Source: Glycera tridactyla (taxonomy: Eukaryota). Taken from it: a DNA stretch of 64,000 bases. Every line of letters begins with the position of its first letter. The first letter of the stretch is position 1. Below, one piece after another: positions 13,395 to 25,260 of the stretch. A program made the translations under genes and the position numbers. Location: positions 106,082,001-106,146,000 of the forward strand of contig OZ286462.1 of assembly GCA_965644265.1 (NCBI GenBank). The letters are read 5' to 3'. The notes below the pieces were generated by a model. The model had not been told where the DNA came from and ran no database searches. It saw only the letters and a list, made by a program, of their open reading frames with translations.

Positions 13395-13640
13395 AGAGAG
13401 AGAGAGGGAGAGAGAGAAAGAGAGAGAGAGGGAGGAAAAAACAGACGCAGAGAGAGAAAAAGACGGATGGATGGGGGTATTGACGAGCCCTCCTTCAGGA
13501 ATATGGGGCAGCGAGTCATGAGCGAGCCACCCGTGGATTTGTCTTGTACCATTATGGCCACATTTCATCACAAACAGAGCCGGGACTACTTTCGCCAAAT
13601 CTGTCTGTCTGTCCGCTGTCTGTCTGTCTGTTTGTCTCTC
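13395..13640. repeat. (GA)n and (CTGT)n microsatellites
   Basis: Direct reading at ~13395-13460 and ~13600-13635. Confidence 0.9.
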
Positions 13641-14569
13641 TCTTGATTCCTCCTCATCCATTTGTCTTACGTCCATGTATAAATCTCGAAAAATCTGTCT
13701 TTCGGTTGATATGATAATTCGTGGGGGAGTAAAGTAGTGCTTCTTCTTCGCACCTCATTATCAGGTTTCATGGATCAATGCGCCGATTCATGAATGAAGT
13801 TGTAGATAGTGTTTGTAAAACCAGCCAATCAGAAATCAGGATTCACATGTTACCATCGAAGTGGGCGTGCCCTAAGCGCTTGATTGACAGGCATTTACTA
13901 TTTGTGCGTAGCTATACATCTCTGAGTCGTCCCATCTGTGTGCTTCGGTAATCGGCAACAAAAACGAATGTATGGCGAAATGTCCATTACTTAATTGCCA
14001 CATTTCCTCGAATTGTCGTTAATCAAATAGATAGATCATCCTGAAAATGTGTTAGATTAGATAATTCGATCCTTTTACATAGATCTGATCAAGATTCGTT
14101 TGATTATATCAGCCTCCGGAGTCAGAATCTGCGAAGTTAGAAAGCATTTCGAGCAGAGAGATGGCAGCATAGTGATCTCTAACGGAGATCACAAAAACTG
14201 CCAATCAAGTCAACTGTCCTCAAGTGAATGCTGTCAGGAGATAATGATCATCCCATTCATAGCATCATCAGCTTGATCACTACTACATGCTCATCCCAAT
14301 GATGGTTGATAACAGAGGAGGACAAGAGTAGGGATGGATATTGGTGAGGGTCACTTTTGGCAGATGGCAATTGCTTGGCCACTCATGATGCTGGGAGTGA
14401 TCGTCACTCGTATCCTGGCTGATGAAGACAACCTTGCATTGAGTGGGATTGATTGATTGACTGAGTAAGTCTTGATGTTTCTGCAGCTCTCTTTGTATAA
14501 TTGATGACACTGCCTCCATTCATCAGCCTCTGAGATCAATATTGGTGGCGAGTTAGGTGCAGTCATTCC

Positions 14570-14860
14570 GGTTCTCAACTGAGCAGCACTGTTTACTACA
14601 GTGAGCACGGCTCCTCCTCGGATGGGTGACCAACATGGACGAGGTTCGCCATTCCATACCGGACCTGCACCATTACACAGATCTGTATGATCTGTTCTAC
14701 TCACCAAGGAGGCACTTCTGTGTGGAGACAGCTGAGTGGAACCTCTGTAGTCCACCACTTCACTTCACCCAGGTGTGAATGGGTACTTGGCATATAGGCA
14801 GTGATGGTAGAGTGCTCAGCCCAAGCAGTCTCTTGGAGATCTCTCCGCGTACGTGGGCAC
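14570..14860 (+). mobile_element. Degenerate SINE, possibly 5S rRNA-derived head
   Basis: cggatgggtgacc resembles the 5S C-box region (ggatgggagacc); cacccaggtgtgaatgggtac resembles a conserved SINE central domain. Confidence 0.3.
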
Positions 14861-15169
14861 TCTTGTTGTCAATTACATGGAAACCACTTCCATCACAGCA
14901 ATCACAGGTGCTTCCTGCTTTTCAGCTTGATGGATTTTAATTTAGCCGAGTAGTATGCCAGGTCCTGAAGGTATCTGATCTTCCCAATGTTGCTACAATA
15001 GCTTTTGGATAGGTGGTATTGCACAACCATTTATATATGATCAGATTTTGAAGCCTTCCCTCTTGTGCTCGCATGCGGATGTTTGTTTACTTTGGAGGGT
15101 ATTTTTAGGACTGATTTGAGATTGCTTCTTTTATGACTATCGTATGGTCAGCCATTTTGTAGTTTCGAT

Positions 15170-15340
15170 TTTGCACTGAATGTATATATGTTATATTTGT
15201 ATTCTTAATGGAAAATATGGTCAATTATGGCCACCCAGTCCAGAATCAAAAGAAGATTTTTCTATTGTCTGTTGTCTGCACCATCACTACGCAGAGCTCA
15301 TTGTCCAGATTTCCTGGTGGGGTCCTAAGTCCTTCAGACG
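15170..15340 (+). pseudogene. GPCR TM1-TM2 remnant; paralog at 21290-21400
   Basis: VIFVFLM(E/G)NMV in both copies (21k copy LIVYMLCVFVFLMGNMV, TM1 GN motif); PDFLVG (TM2 D) in shifted frame. Confidence 0.45.
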
Positions 15341-16299
15341 GCTGTGTACGTGGAGTATACAGAACGACATCTTCTGGTCTCTCATTCCACTCGAATCATG
15401 TGACTTCATATCTAGTGAGCTGTGTCTCTGCATCCAGTCATAATCATAATATAGTTGTATCACATCGGATTGGAACAGGCTGGCCATGAGAGCTCTGATG
15501 ATTCTTCACCTTCCATTAGAGAGCAGAGTAGAGAAACCGTGAGTGACTCCACCATGCACATTGAAATAAACAACAAATACTGATGAACCAATAAAAAACT
15601 AACGAGCGAACGAATTCGATCGACTATCCAATTATCCAAACAACCAGAAGGCCAAAAGTGCCAATCAGTAATGTTACAGATCTGTTTTCCTAACATCTAC
15701 TTTGGCAACGGAGGCCAAAGCAAGTTCTTCAATCCCCTGACAGGACTCGCCGACTCTGAAATTGGAAGGGATTGCACATGGGTATTCATTCGTGTATATA
15801 TGTGGGTGTTTGAGGTGCTTCATTTGCCTGAACAGTGTCTCCACGTAAATCATACTTAAAAAAAATGGATATGACCCTCCAACACTATTGTCTCTGGAAG
15901 GTGGTCTGTATCATGTAACCAAGGATCTCTTTCTTATATCTGTTCAATTTGCAAGTGTGTTGATATAGGTATATGCATTTTCATTTAATAGATGTCGTCG
16001 CTTACCAACCGTCATAACCATCACAATGATATCTCAAACCGATATTCAACTATGACTTGGTATTACTCTCTCCTGTACCCATTTCGAAATATCAGCATAC
16101 CTGTATCTCTCTCTTCCTCGCTCATATACATGGTATTCTCATTATTTTCATACTCGGTATGACGATGGTAAAACACCATTGAATTGGTCGATGGTTACCG
16201 AATCGACCATTACAAGATATGCCAAGCACATTGGCATACTTGTTCGAGAGCCTTAATATACGAGATATGATATGTGGTGGAATATATCCAGATTTTCTT

Positions 16300-16745
16300 T
16301 CTGTATTGATTCAGCCAGCCAGCTCCACACCTAGCACAATGCAATGTATGAGGGCTGCTCCCGCTTTGTGACCCATCCTGCTATATAAATACATAAAGCT
16401 CATGAGAAGAGCCTCCTATCATACAGCCACACTCCCGCCACTAGATGCCAATATGCTGGCAAACACATGAAAGGACATAGACACTTTACAGAGGTTGCCA
16501 TACAAAAATATATTCATGATCAACATGCAAAAATATAATAAATATGATATTGGAGGATTCATTCGTATTAGCATTTGCGAGGTCAAACATACATATAGAA
16601 TGAATTATTCTCTCCACTGGGACCCCGAGCTATTCCATATTACAGAAAAAGGTTGGTCTTTGTGGACGGGCTCAACTGTAGAGCAATGCATCCAGCATTG
16701 CAGCATTATCTGTACTGGCTTTTGAAGACGGTTCAATGTGTTTCA
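16300..16745 (+). pseudogene. Ankyrin-like plus WSC-domain remnants; paralog at 43745-44300
   Basis: PRAIPY...VDGL-TVEQCIQHC...TGFEDGSMCF (WSC pattern); 44k copy TVSQCIYR and KCSSVCG...LC; upstream RTASHHAV..RDANMLAN is ankyrin-like and matches the inverted copy at 58.8-59.0 kb. Confidence 0.5.
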
Positions 16746-16859
16746 CCATCTTCATTGACAGTATGAATACCATATGACTACTATCATCATTTTCCACAAT
16801 AGTTGAAAATGGTAGCTTCAGCATTATTTCAACATGAAATTAGATATGATAATGATACA

Positions 16860-19515
16860 CTCTGGCAGCTGGCTAGTGTTTATGTCTTGCTCCATCAGAT
16901 ATCGGCTGTTTTAACTTATACTGGCAGCTGGCTAGTGTTCATGTCTTGCTCCATCAGATATTGGCTGTTTTAACTAATACTAGCAGCTAGCTAGTGTTCA
17001 TGTCTTGCTCCATCAGATATTGGCTGTTTTAACTCATACTAGCAGCTAGCTAGTGTTCATGTCTTGCTCCATCAGATATTGGCTGTTTTAACTTATACAG
17101 GCAGCTGGCTAGTGTTCATGTCTTGCTCCATCAGATATCGACTGTTTTAACTTATACTGGCAGCTAGCTGGTGTTCATGTCTTGCTTCATCAGATATTGG
17201 CTGTTTTGACTTATACTGGCAGCTCGCTGGTGTTCATGTCTTGCTCCATCAGATATCACCTGTTTTAACTTATACTGGCAGCTAGCTAGTGTTCATGTCT
17301 TGCTTCATCAGATATTGGCTGTTTTGACTTATACTGGCAGCTAGCTAGTGTTCATGTCCCGCTCCATCAGATATTGGCTGTTTTGACTTATACTGGCAGC
17401 TCGCTAGTGTTCATGTCTTGCTTCATCAGATATTGGCTGTTTTGACTTATACTGGCAGCTCGCTAGTGTTCATGTCTTGCACCATCAGATATTGGCTGTT
17501 TTGACTTATACTGGCAGCTAGCTAGTGTTCATGTCTTGCTCCATCAGATATCGGCTGTTTTAACTTATACTGGCAGCTCGCTAGTGTTCATGTCTTGCTC
17601 CATCAAATATTGGCTGTTTTAACTTATACTGGCAGCAAGCTAGTGTTCATGTCTTGCTCCATCAGATATTGGCTGTTTTAATTTATACTGGCAGCTCGCT
17701 AGTGCTCATGTCTTGCTCCATCAGATATCAGCTGTTTTAACTTATACTGGCAGCTCGCTAGTGTTCATGTCTTGCTCCATCAGATATTGGCTGTTTTAAC
17801 TTATACTGGCAGCTGGCTAGTGTTCATGTCTTGCTCCATCAGATATCGGCTGTTTTAACTCATACTGGCAGCTGGCTAGTGTTCATGTCTCGCTCCATCA
17901 GATATCATCTGTTTTAACTTATACTGGCAGCTAGCTAGTGTTCATGACTTGCTCCATCAGATATCGGCTGTTTTAACTTATACTGGCAGCTAGCTAGTGT
18001 TCATGTCTTGCTCCATCAGATATCGGCTGTTTTAACTCATACTAGCAGCTAGCTAGTGTTCATGTCTTGCTCCATCAGATATCGGCTGTTTTGACTTATA
18101 CTGGCAGCTAGCTAGTGTTCATGTCTTGCTCCATCAGATATTGGCTGTTTTAACTTATACTGGCAGCTAGCTAGTGTTCATGTCTTGCTTCATCAGATAT
18201 CGGTTGTTTTAACTTATACTGGCTGCTAGCTAGTGTTCATGTCTTGCTCCATCAGATATCGGCTGTTTCAACTTATACTGGCAGCTGGCTAGTGTTCATG
18301 TCTCGCTCCATCAGATATCAGCTGTTTTAACTTATACTGGCAGCTCGCTAGTGTTCATGTCTTGCTCCATCAGATATCGGCTGTTTTAACGTATACTGGC
18401 AGCTGGCTAGTGTTCATGTCTTGCTCCATCAAATATCGGCTGTTTTAACATATACCGGCAGCTAGCTAGTGTTCATGTCTTGCTCCTTCAGATATCGGCT
18501 GTTTTAACTTATACTGGCAGCTAGCTAGTGTTCATGTTTTGCTCCATCAGATATCGGCTGTTTCAACTTATACTGGCAGCTAGCTAGTGTTCATGTCTTG
18601 CTCCATCAGATATCGGCTGTTTCAACTTATACTGGCAGCTAGCTTGTGTTCATGTCTTGCTCCATCAGATATTGGCTGTTTTAACTTATACTGGCAGCTA
18701 GCTAGTGTTCATGACTTGCTCCATCAGATATCAGCTGTTTCAACTTATACTGGCAGCTCGCTAGTGTTCATGTCTTGCTCCATATGATATTGGCCGTTTC
18801 AACTTATACTGGCAGCTAGCTAGTGTTCATGACTTGCTCCATCAGATATCGGCTGTTTTAACTTATACTGGCAGCTAGCTAGTGTTCATGTCTTGCTTCA
18901 TCAGATATCGGCTGTTTTAACTTATACTGGCAGCTGGCTAGTGTTCATGACTTGCTCCATCAGATATCATCTGTTTTAACTTATACTGGCAGCTAGCTAG
19001 TGTTCATGTCCCGCTTCATCAGATATCGGCTGTTTTAACTTATACTGGCAGCTAGCTAGTGTTCATGTCCCGCTCCATCGGATATCGCCTGTTTTGACTT
19101 ATACTGGCAGCTAGCTAGTGTTCATGTCTTGCTCCATCAGATATCGGCTGTTTTAACTTATACTGGCAGCTAGCTAGTGTCCATGTCTTGCTCCATCAGA
19201 TATCGGCTGTTTTAACTCATACTGGCAGCTTGCTAGTTTTCATGTCTTGCTTCATCAGATAACGGCTGTTTTAACGTATACTGGCAGCTAGCTAGTGTTC
19301 ATGTCTTGCTCCATCAGATATCGGCTGTTTCAACTTATACTGGCAGCTAGCTAGTGTTCATGTCTTGCTCCATCAGATATCGGCTGTTTTAACTTATACT
19401 GGCAGCTAGCTAGTGTTCATGTCTTGCTCCATCAGATATCGGCTGTTTCAACTTATACTGGCTGCTAGCTAGTGTTCCTGTCTTGCTCCATCAGATATCG
19501 ACTGTTTTAACCTAT
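16860..19515. repeat. 59-bp minisatellite, ~45 copies
   Basis: Unit tactggcagctagctagtgttcatgtcttgctccatcagatatcggctgttttaactta; ctggcag at 16862 and 16921. Confidence 0.98.
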
Positions 19516-19899
19516 ACATTAAGAAACATCAAGACAGGAGTGTAATCACTCAGTCAAGAAGCTCGGTTATGTGACAAGACTCTTGTCCATTTTAGGGAGT
19601 GAATTCAGGTGTGTTTCTCAACTGAATGTTCCATCCACATGACACATTCTTGACACCCAAGAATGGGTACAGTGTCTCTGCAAGTCATGCTCGCAGGAAA
19701 CACGTAATTCAAGGAAAATGAATGAAAGGAATCATTCAGGTAGTCAAGTCTCTCCCCGGTTTTGTTTTGAAGGCCGAAAACACAACTTGGTGAAATCAGT
19801 CACTCGAAGCCTCATAAGTGACTTATTGAACATGGTGACCCATCCACCTCTCCAGAAATCTTCTTATTAGTACTGGATGGTGACTTCCCTCCGAACTTT

Positions 19900-20980
19900 T
19901 ATATGCTGTTACGGACAACGAGCAACCTGCCCATTCATTCCATTGATAACACGATCATGGACCGGTCATAAATTTCTTTTGGTAGATAGATAAGGGCTCA
20001 TGTCCGTATGGTACAGTAATATGTCTTTCGGATTGAATGTAGATGAGTTTTACTTTTTCCTCAACATTGAGCAACACCCACGAAGTTTCACTCAATAAGC
20101 CTACAAATTCACCGACAAATTGACGAACCCATCAACAAGACAAATGACCAGATAACCAACCAAACTTCTATCTGGCTTGTGGTCTTCATTGTAGAAATGA
20201 TAAAAAGGACACCATCATATATAGATGAGAGTGCTACCATGTGACAATGACATCAAAACATATGGATGATAGGGCAACTTTGTGACAAGAACACTCATAT
20301 ATATATATAGATGACAGTGCTACCTTGTAACAGATATGGTCATGGACTACATAGTCAGGCCAGGACGGGCATGTAGAAAATATAACATCATCCATCAACC
20401 ATTCTGCTGCCGTTGTCATCAGTATCAGCTTATTCTCAGCAACACTGATACTGATATAATTTGAAGCGACAAAGCAAACAAATCTTCTCTTATCAAGTCC
20501 TGAGACAAGGGCTCCAGGATACATGGTGATATGCCGAAGATGGTGCTTTACCCATTTCTGATACAATTAGAACTTGACGCGATAAGTTCGATCTGTCTTG
20601 AGATAGGAGGGTATTGTCTGTAAGAATGGCAATCCATCTGAAATTACAGTTGGAACAAGAGATTTGTTGGTTAACGGTTTTTGTCACGATGGCTCCAACT
20701 AAGCTCTACTGAGATGTTCATACAATGGGTATTCAAGACTCTCCATGCAGCTCCCCCGAGAAAAGAGAATGGAGCTTTCTATGATTTGAGATGAAGGTGA
20801 TGGGACAACATAAACAAGAAAATCGATCATTTGGATGACAATCAGGATGACCAATATGAAGGCATGGAAGCAAACAGGGAGAGTGAAGACAATGGTTGAA
20901 GATGGAAAACAAGTATGAGGACATAATATGATACATCGAGATGTGTATCCTGCCTTAATTTTTTTCGATGATGTAGCCAT
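19900..20980 (-). pseudogene. Several juxtaposed GPCR remnants
   Basis: GWLSGHLSC..FVGEFVGLLSETSWVLL..SERHITV..PL (ECL1-TM3-ERY-like); NYISISVAEN.LIL..WPD...IC.K (TM2-3); ILVILIVIQMIDFLVYVV (TM7-like). Confidence 0.45.
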
Positions 20981-21549
20981 ATGAAGTTAATTACATGCAT
21001 ATTTTTTGGAATTGATTTGTATTTTGCTTTGATGTGCGATAAGCCTGACTACATCAGCAAACTGTATGCTCTTTGTTTGGATGAAACTTCAATTGCCTTT
21101 ATAGAGTTTGCGACGGCGAGTTGGATAATCGGAATTATGGTGAACTGCTACGTCTAGATTATCATGCTCTATTATCTCGATGAACTATTATTTGAATGAC
21201 AAGAAAAACGTTTGTTGTCTCGGATCAGCCCAGGACTCAGCTATCTTTTTGGTATAAGGTACTCGTTGAGGATCTCATAATTTCTTGTCGAATAGTCAGC
21301 TATTCTGTACTGATTGTTTATATGTTATGTGTATTTGTATTCTTAATGGGAAATATGGTCAGACTTTGGCCATCCAGTCCAGAATTCAATCAAGTTCATC
21401 TATCGTCTATTTTCTATGCTTTTGACTATGACCAGGTTTTTCTCGCAGCACAACATTTTAGGTCATACAGAATCCTGCAGGACCCATGCAAAATTTAGTT
21501 GGATATGCATCAAAGTCTTCTCAACGAATTTGCGGGGCCTTGATTCGGA

Positions 21550-22285
21550 GAATGAATCCTGGCACCATTTGGGATTGTTTTAGTTTTTGCGGAGGAGGTC
21601 TCACCAAGTCGAGGCATCAACATAATTTGCTACCGAATATGTACTTTGTGCCAATGTTCAAAAGATAACTGTAAGATATGAACTGACATTGCTGGCAATA
21701 TAGGCAATTGCCCCAAGTCAGATATTCTAGAGAGCAAGCCCTCTTGATCACTGGCATGAGCCGCAGAAGCAACCAGAATCATTTCTGAAGGACACACTAT
21801 CCTATGTCTTATTGATCTCCATCTTGTAGATGATAGACCCGTCAATGTTGACATCCTATGTGATTAAACGCTAATCATCTGGCTTTCATCATGGCCTGTG
21901 CTTCCTCAACGCCTTCTAGATCTTTTTGTATACCTCTCAACCACATGAGTAGACTCATTCAATCGTCTCACATTTGTTCCCCAAAAGAAGGTGACATCCA
22001 TGAAATCCACGGACACTCAAGGTGTCATTTCGGGTAACAAAATGTGGACCAAAATTTTGCCCGTGAACGTGAGTTGATTCATAAGTCTTCCATCATATCG
22101 GAACAACTTGGCTACTGTGTTACTTGTGCACTTGGTAGGATGGCTGCTGAATATCATGGTCTCCCATGAATATGTAAATGAAACATTCTATGATTATCAC
22201 CATGAATACCATCACAATCATTAATAACTTCATAATTGTTATTGTTATCATCATCATCTCACATTATCATCATCATAATCATTAT

Positions 22286-22362
<77 letters not shown>

Positions 22363-22650
22363 CGATCAACATTTCCAATCATCCCCTCATACTTACCAAT
22401 GTCCCTCTTCTCATACACAGCTCACATTTGGTGACTGCTCACATGGAAGAAGTCAGAATCTGAGTTGTACCATCTATGAGGGTAGCTGCTGCTGCTGCTG
22501 CTGCTGCTACTGGTACTGTTATTGATCTCACATATTTTCATGCCTGCTCTGGGACAGACCAGGTCAAGAGCAATATACCTGGCTCCACTCATATGGGCCA
22601 TAAATGTCACAGCATCAGTTCCAGATGGCATGTGTATAGAGTCCTCAGCA
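21550..22650 (+). repeat. Segmental duplicate of 45030-46030 (decayed, possibly ankyrin-like, coding remnant)
   Basis: Collinear shared blocks, e.g. gacacactatcctatg.cttattgat.tc.atcttgtag.tgatagacc.gtcaatgttgacatcc; frame K(F/S/Y)TDTQGVISG recurs at ~22010, 45540, 51070, 57610. Confidence 0.7.
22262..22362. repeat. (ATC)n microsatellite; (CTG)n at ~22487-22511
   Basis: Direct reading; the 45.7-kb paralog has only a short imperfect tract. Confidence 0.95.
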
Positions 22651-22959
22651 ATGCTTCATCAACAATAAAAGAAAAAAACCTTTGTCCCTTTTGGTCTTCT
22701 GCGTGATTCATTGTTGCTCAGCGCATTGTTCAATGATTTCTCAATTGGGTATATTTGGCTGATTCCCGGTTTGTTGGTTTGCTGGTTGCTTGCTTGCTCG
22801 GTTAGTCTAAGATAGGCAGCATGTTCAAAATAGACACGAAAGAAGAAGAGGGTTAGGTGAATGTATTGAAATCGATAGTGTAACAAGAGACTTTCCTACT
22901 TCAAAATGTCAACCTGAATTTCACAGCATTTTCAATCAAAACTGGTGCGCTGCTGTTCA

Positions 22960-23400
22960 CTTATAGTGATGGCAACCAGAAGCATCCACGTGGGGAGAAA
23001 GTTCAGTTAAATTGGAGAACGATCCACTCAAGATGAATGGAGAAAACCTGAGCTGAATAGCAATGCATGACAACCAATCACTTCTTACTTCACTGCTGCA
23101 ATCGAGGCTTCTGATCACATGGTAGAACAGCTGACTAATGAACACATCTTGAGTAATATTGATGCAATTAAACAAGCTTTTTTTCCTGATAAGAATGTCA
23201 TATTCCAAGCACTCCCATCGTATCTTTGATCACTGATAGTTGAGTGGTGCCATCTTCACGCTCATCGCTGATCATCGAACAAATCAAACACATTGGACAT
23301 TCTAGACAGGTGGTCACTGTACAGAGGTTGTCACTACTGGAAAATTCTGCTGCCATTATGTCCCAGTATCGATCTGCGAATCTCGATAATCGATACATGT
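22960..23400 (+). pseudogene. C-type lectin domain remnant; paralog at 46270-46740
   Basis: THWTF*TGGHCTEVVTTGKF..YVPVSICES and TQWTW*TGGHCIEVVPAWKF (C-terminal CTLD pattern). Confidence 0.4.
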
Positions 23401-23789
23401 CCATTTGACAGTTCAAATCATCCGAAATAAGTTTTACGAAAGTATAAATGTGGGGTGTCACAAAACAAGAAATGGAGATCTTTACTCTCTCAATCATTCT
23501 TGGCAATAATCCTAATGGTTCAATGTTTCAGATACCAATCCTCGCTTTCTTGAAGTAGCTGAAAAATGAAAAGAAAAAGGCGGTGGATTGATTGATTGTT
23601 TGGTTGTACATATCATCTTGAGACATGCTGGCCAAGGAATATATGGAGTGGTTGGTTGGTTCAATGTCACGTCAGCCCCATATTTGTTACATTGTGATGC
23701 CCATGTGATGAACGTCTGTAGGATCACCCGAGATCCTCCCTAAGGATCCTCAATGAATGATCATGAAATTCACATACCTTCATGGAGTG

Positions 23790-24040
23790 TATTATCAAAT
23801 CTACCCAACATTTTGCAGAGATAAAATGGAATGTCTGGCTTGGCTATATGAGGAATTGAAGTCATGATTTATTCATAGCGAAATGGATCGTCAATAGCAT
23901 CACCAGCCTGTGCCATGTCATGACATTTCCAGAACAATGATGAATGGTCAGATGGTCGATTATCTAACTTCTCACGGATCTCAGGTGGGCTATATCTATA
24001 CGTCAATACAATGGGAATGTTTGTGATCATCCAGGGCTTC
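23790..24040 (+). pseudogene. C-type lectin domain remnant; paralogs at 27420-27660 and 48130-48300
   Basis: VWLGY / VWIGY / VWFGY (WIG motif) in three copies, then (K/Q)W.V..S and W(S/L)DGRLSN. Confidence 0.5.
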
Positions 24041-24399
24041 TAATTCTAGGTCCTGAATGCAAGCTGAGATCTCCCTAGAATCACGAGCACTCCCTAACAT
24101 TTCAGACACGGAGCCTCTAAATTGATAATTGTATTGAATAGATTGGACATCTTTTTTTGTAATCCGATCAGCAATACTGACTATTGCTAGACCAACAGCA
24201 TATTCCAGTCCTTCGATGTGTTTTCATTCGATGCCTGTCTTGATAGAATGCCAGACACACCTGCATGGACATTGACATTCTGCATTGTTGAAGTGTCAAC
24301 TATCGATCCCCAAGCCTTGATATTATAGGTTCTTCTCTACCTGAAATACAACAGCCCTGTTGCCAAGAGCATGGACATATCATAATCTCAAAGAGATCA

Positions 24400-25020
24400 A
24401 TTGACTGAACTGTTGCTCCATCACCTGCTCGTAAGGCAAGGGTGACTACCTTCATATCTGGATTCCCTGCTTCAATCGATTATTGGTTGATATTGTATTG
24501 CCCAAAACATTAAGAATTGGATATTCGGAGAATCACAGCTGACGTGGTGTTAAGAATGACACACCACTCTGATGAGTATAATGCTCACAAGATACGAGAT
24601 ACAGAAATATATTTGGACAGGCACATACAGATTTGGGTATGCATAGTCACGAATAGGTGATGCTTTGTATCAATATTATGCTCGTGGTCAGCTTGTACCC
24701 TGTGCTCGATGTATTTATCACAACGGTATCACCATATATATTTCACATGATACTCAAAAAAATAATCTACCACCAACTATCGGAGTGTGTAGTAGGATTC
24801 ACTATATTTGTTATATGGTACTCACACATGTTTTGGGGTACACGTTAGGCAGTTCATGAACACAATCAATAAGATCATCGACATAAATGGCACCTTTAAG
24901 CTCTCTGGTAAGTCTGTGAGAGAGGTCTTTGAAACCAGTGATTCGAACCCATTGAGAGTACCTACTTCCCTCACTCCCAAGGGCATACCATTCACTATTC
25001 CTTGCCAGTATGTGTGACTA
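24400..25020 (+). pseudogene. Tandem Ig-domain remnants (family A); paralogs at 28860-29130 and 48480-49150
   Basis: SITCS*GKGDYLHIW (B-strand Cys, C-strand Trp), ~200 nt later TGTYRFGY / IQNTRY..TGIYRFEY (D-x-G-x-Y-x-C-like); then ETSDSN..RV.TSLT. Confidence 0.5.
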
Positions 25021-25129
25021 ATATCTCGGTGATATAGGGAAAGTAAAACTGGGTTTGATATTCTGTGTCCATGATCTTACACAGTTTTGTGCTCTGTTCG
25101 CAATGAGGACGTCAATCCCATGCACTGAT

Positions 25130-25260
25130 TGAATGGCTTGGTAACCCTGGATACATGCATTCCATATGATATACCATGGACATTGGTCTTCTTCAATGTG
25201 AGCTTGTCTGATCTTCAGAACAAGTAAACTCTCATCAGAAATTCAGACAAAGAATCTAGA
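25130..25260 (-). pseudogene. Ig-domain remnant (family Y); paralogs at 29340-29470 and ~49430-49500
   Basis: SLLVLKIRQAHIEED and LVLKIG*THI..KGTFPCRI. Confidence 0.4.

Noticed and set aside
22178-22525. Poly-His / poly-Ile protein
   Set aside because: (ATC)n microsatellite, largely absent from the paralog at 45.7 kb.
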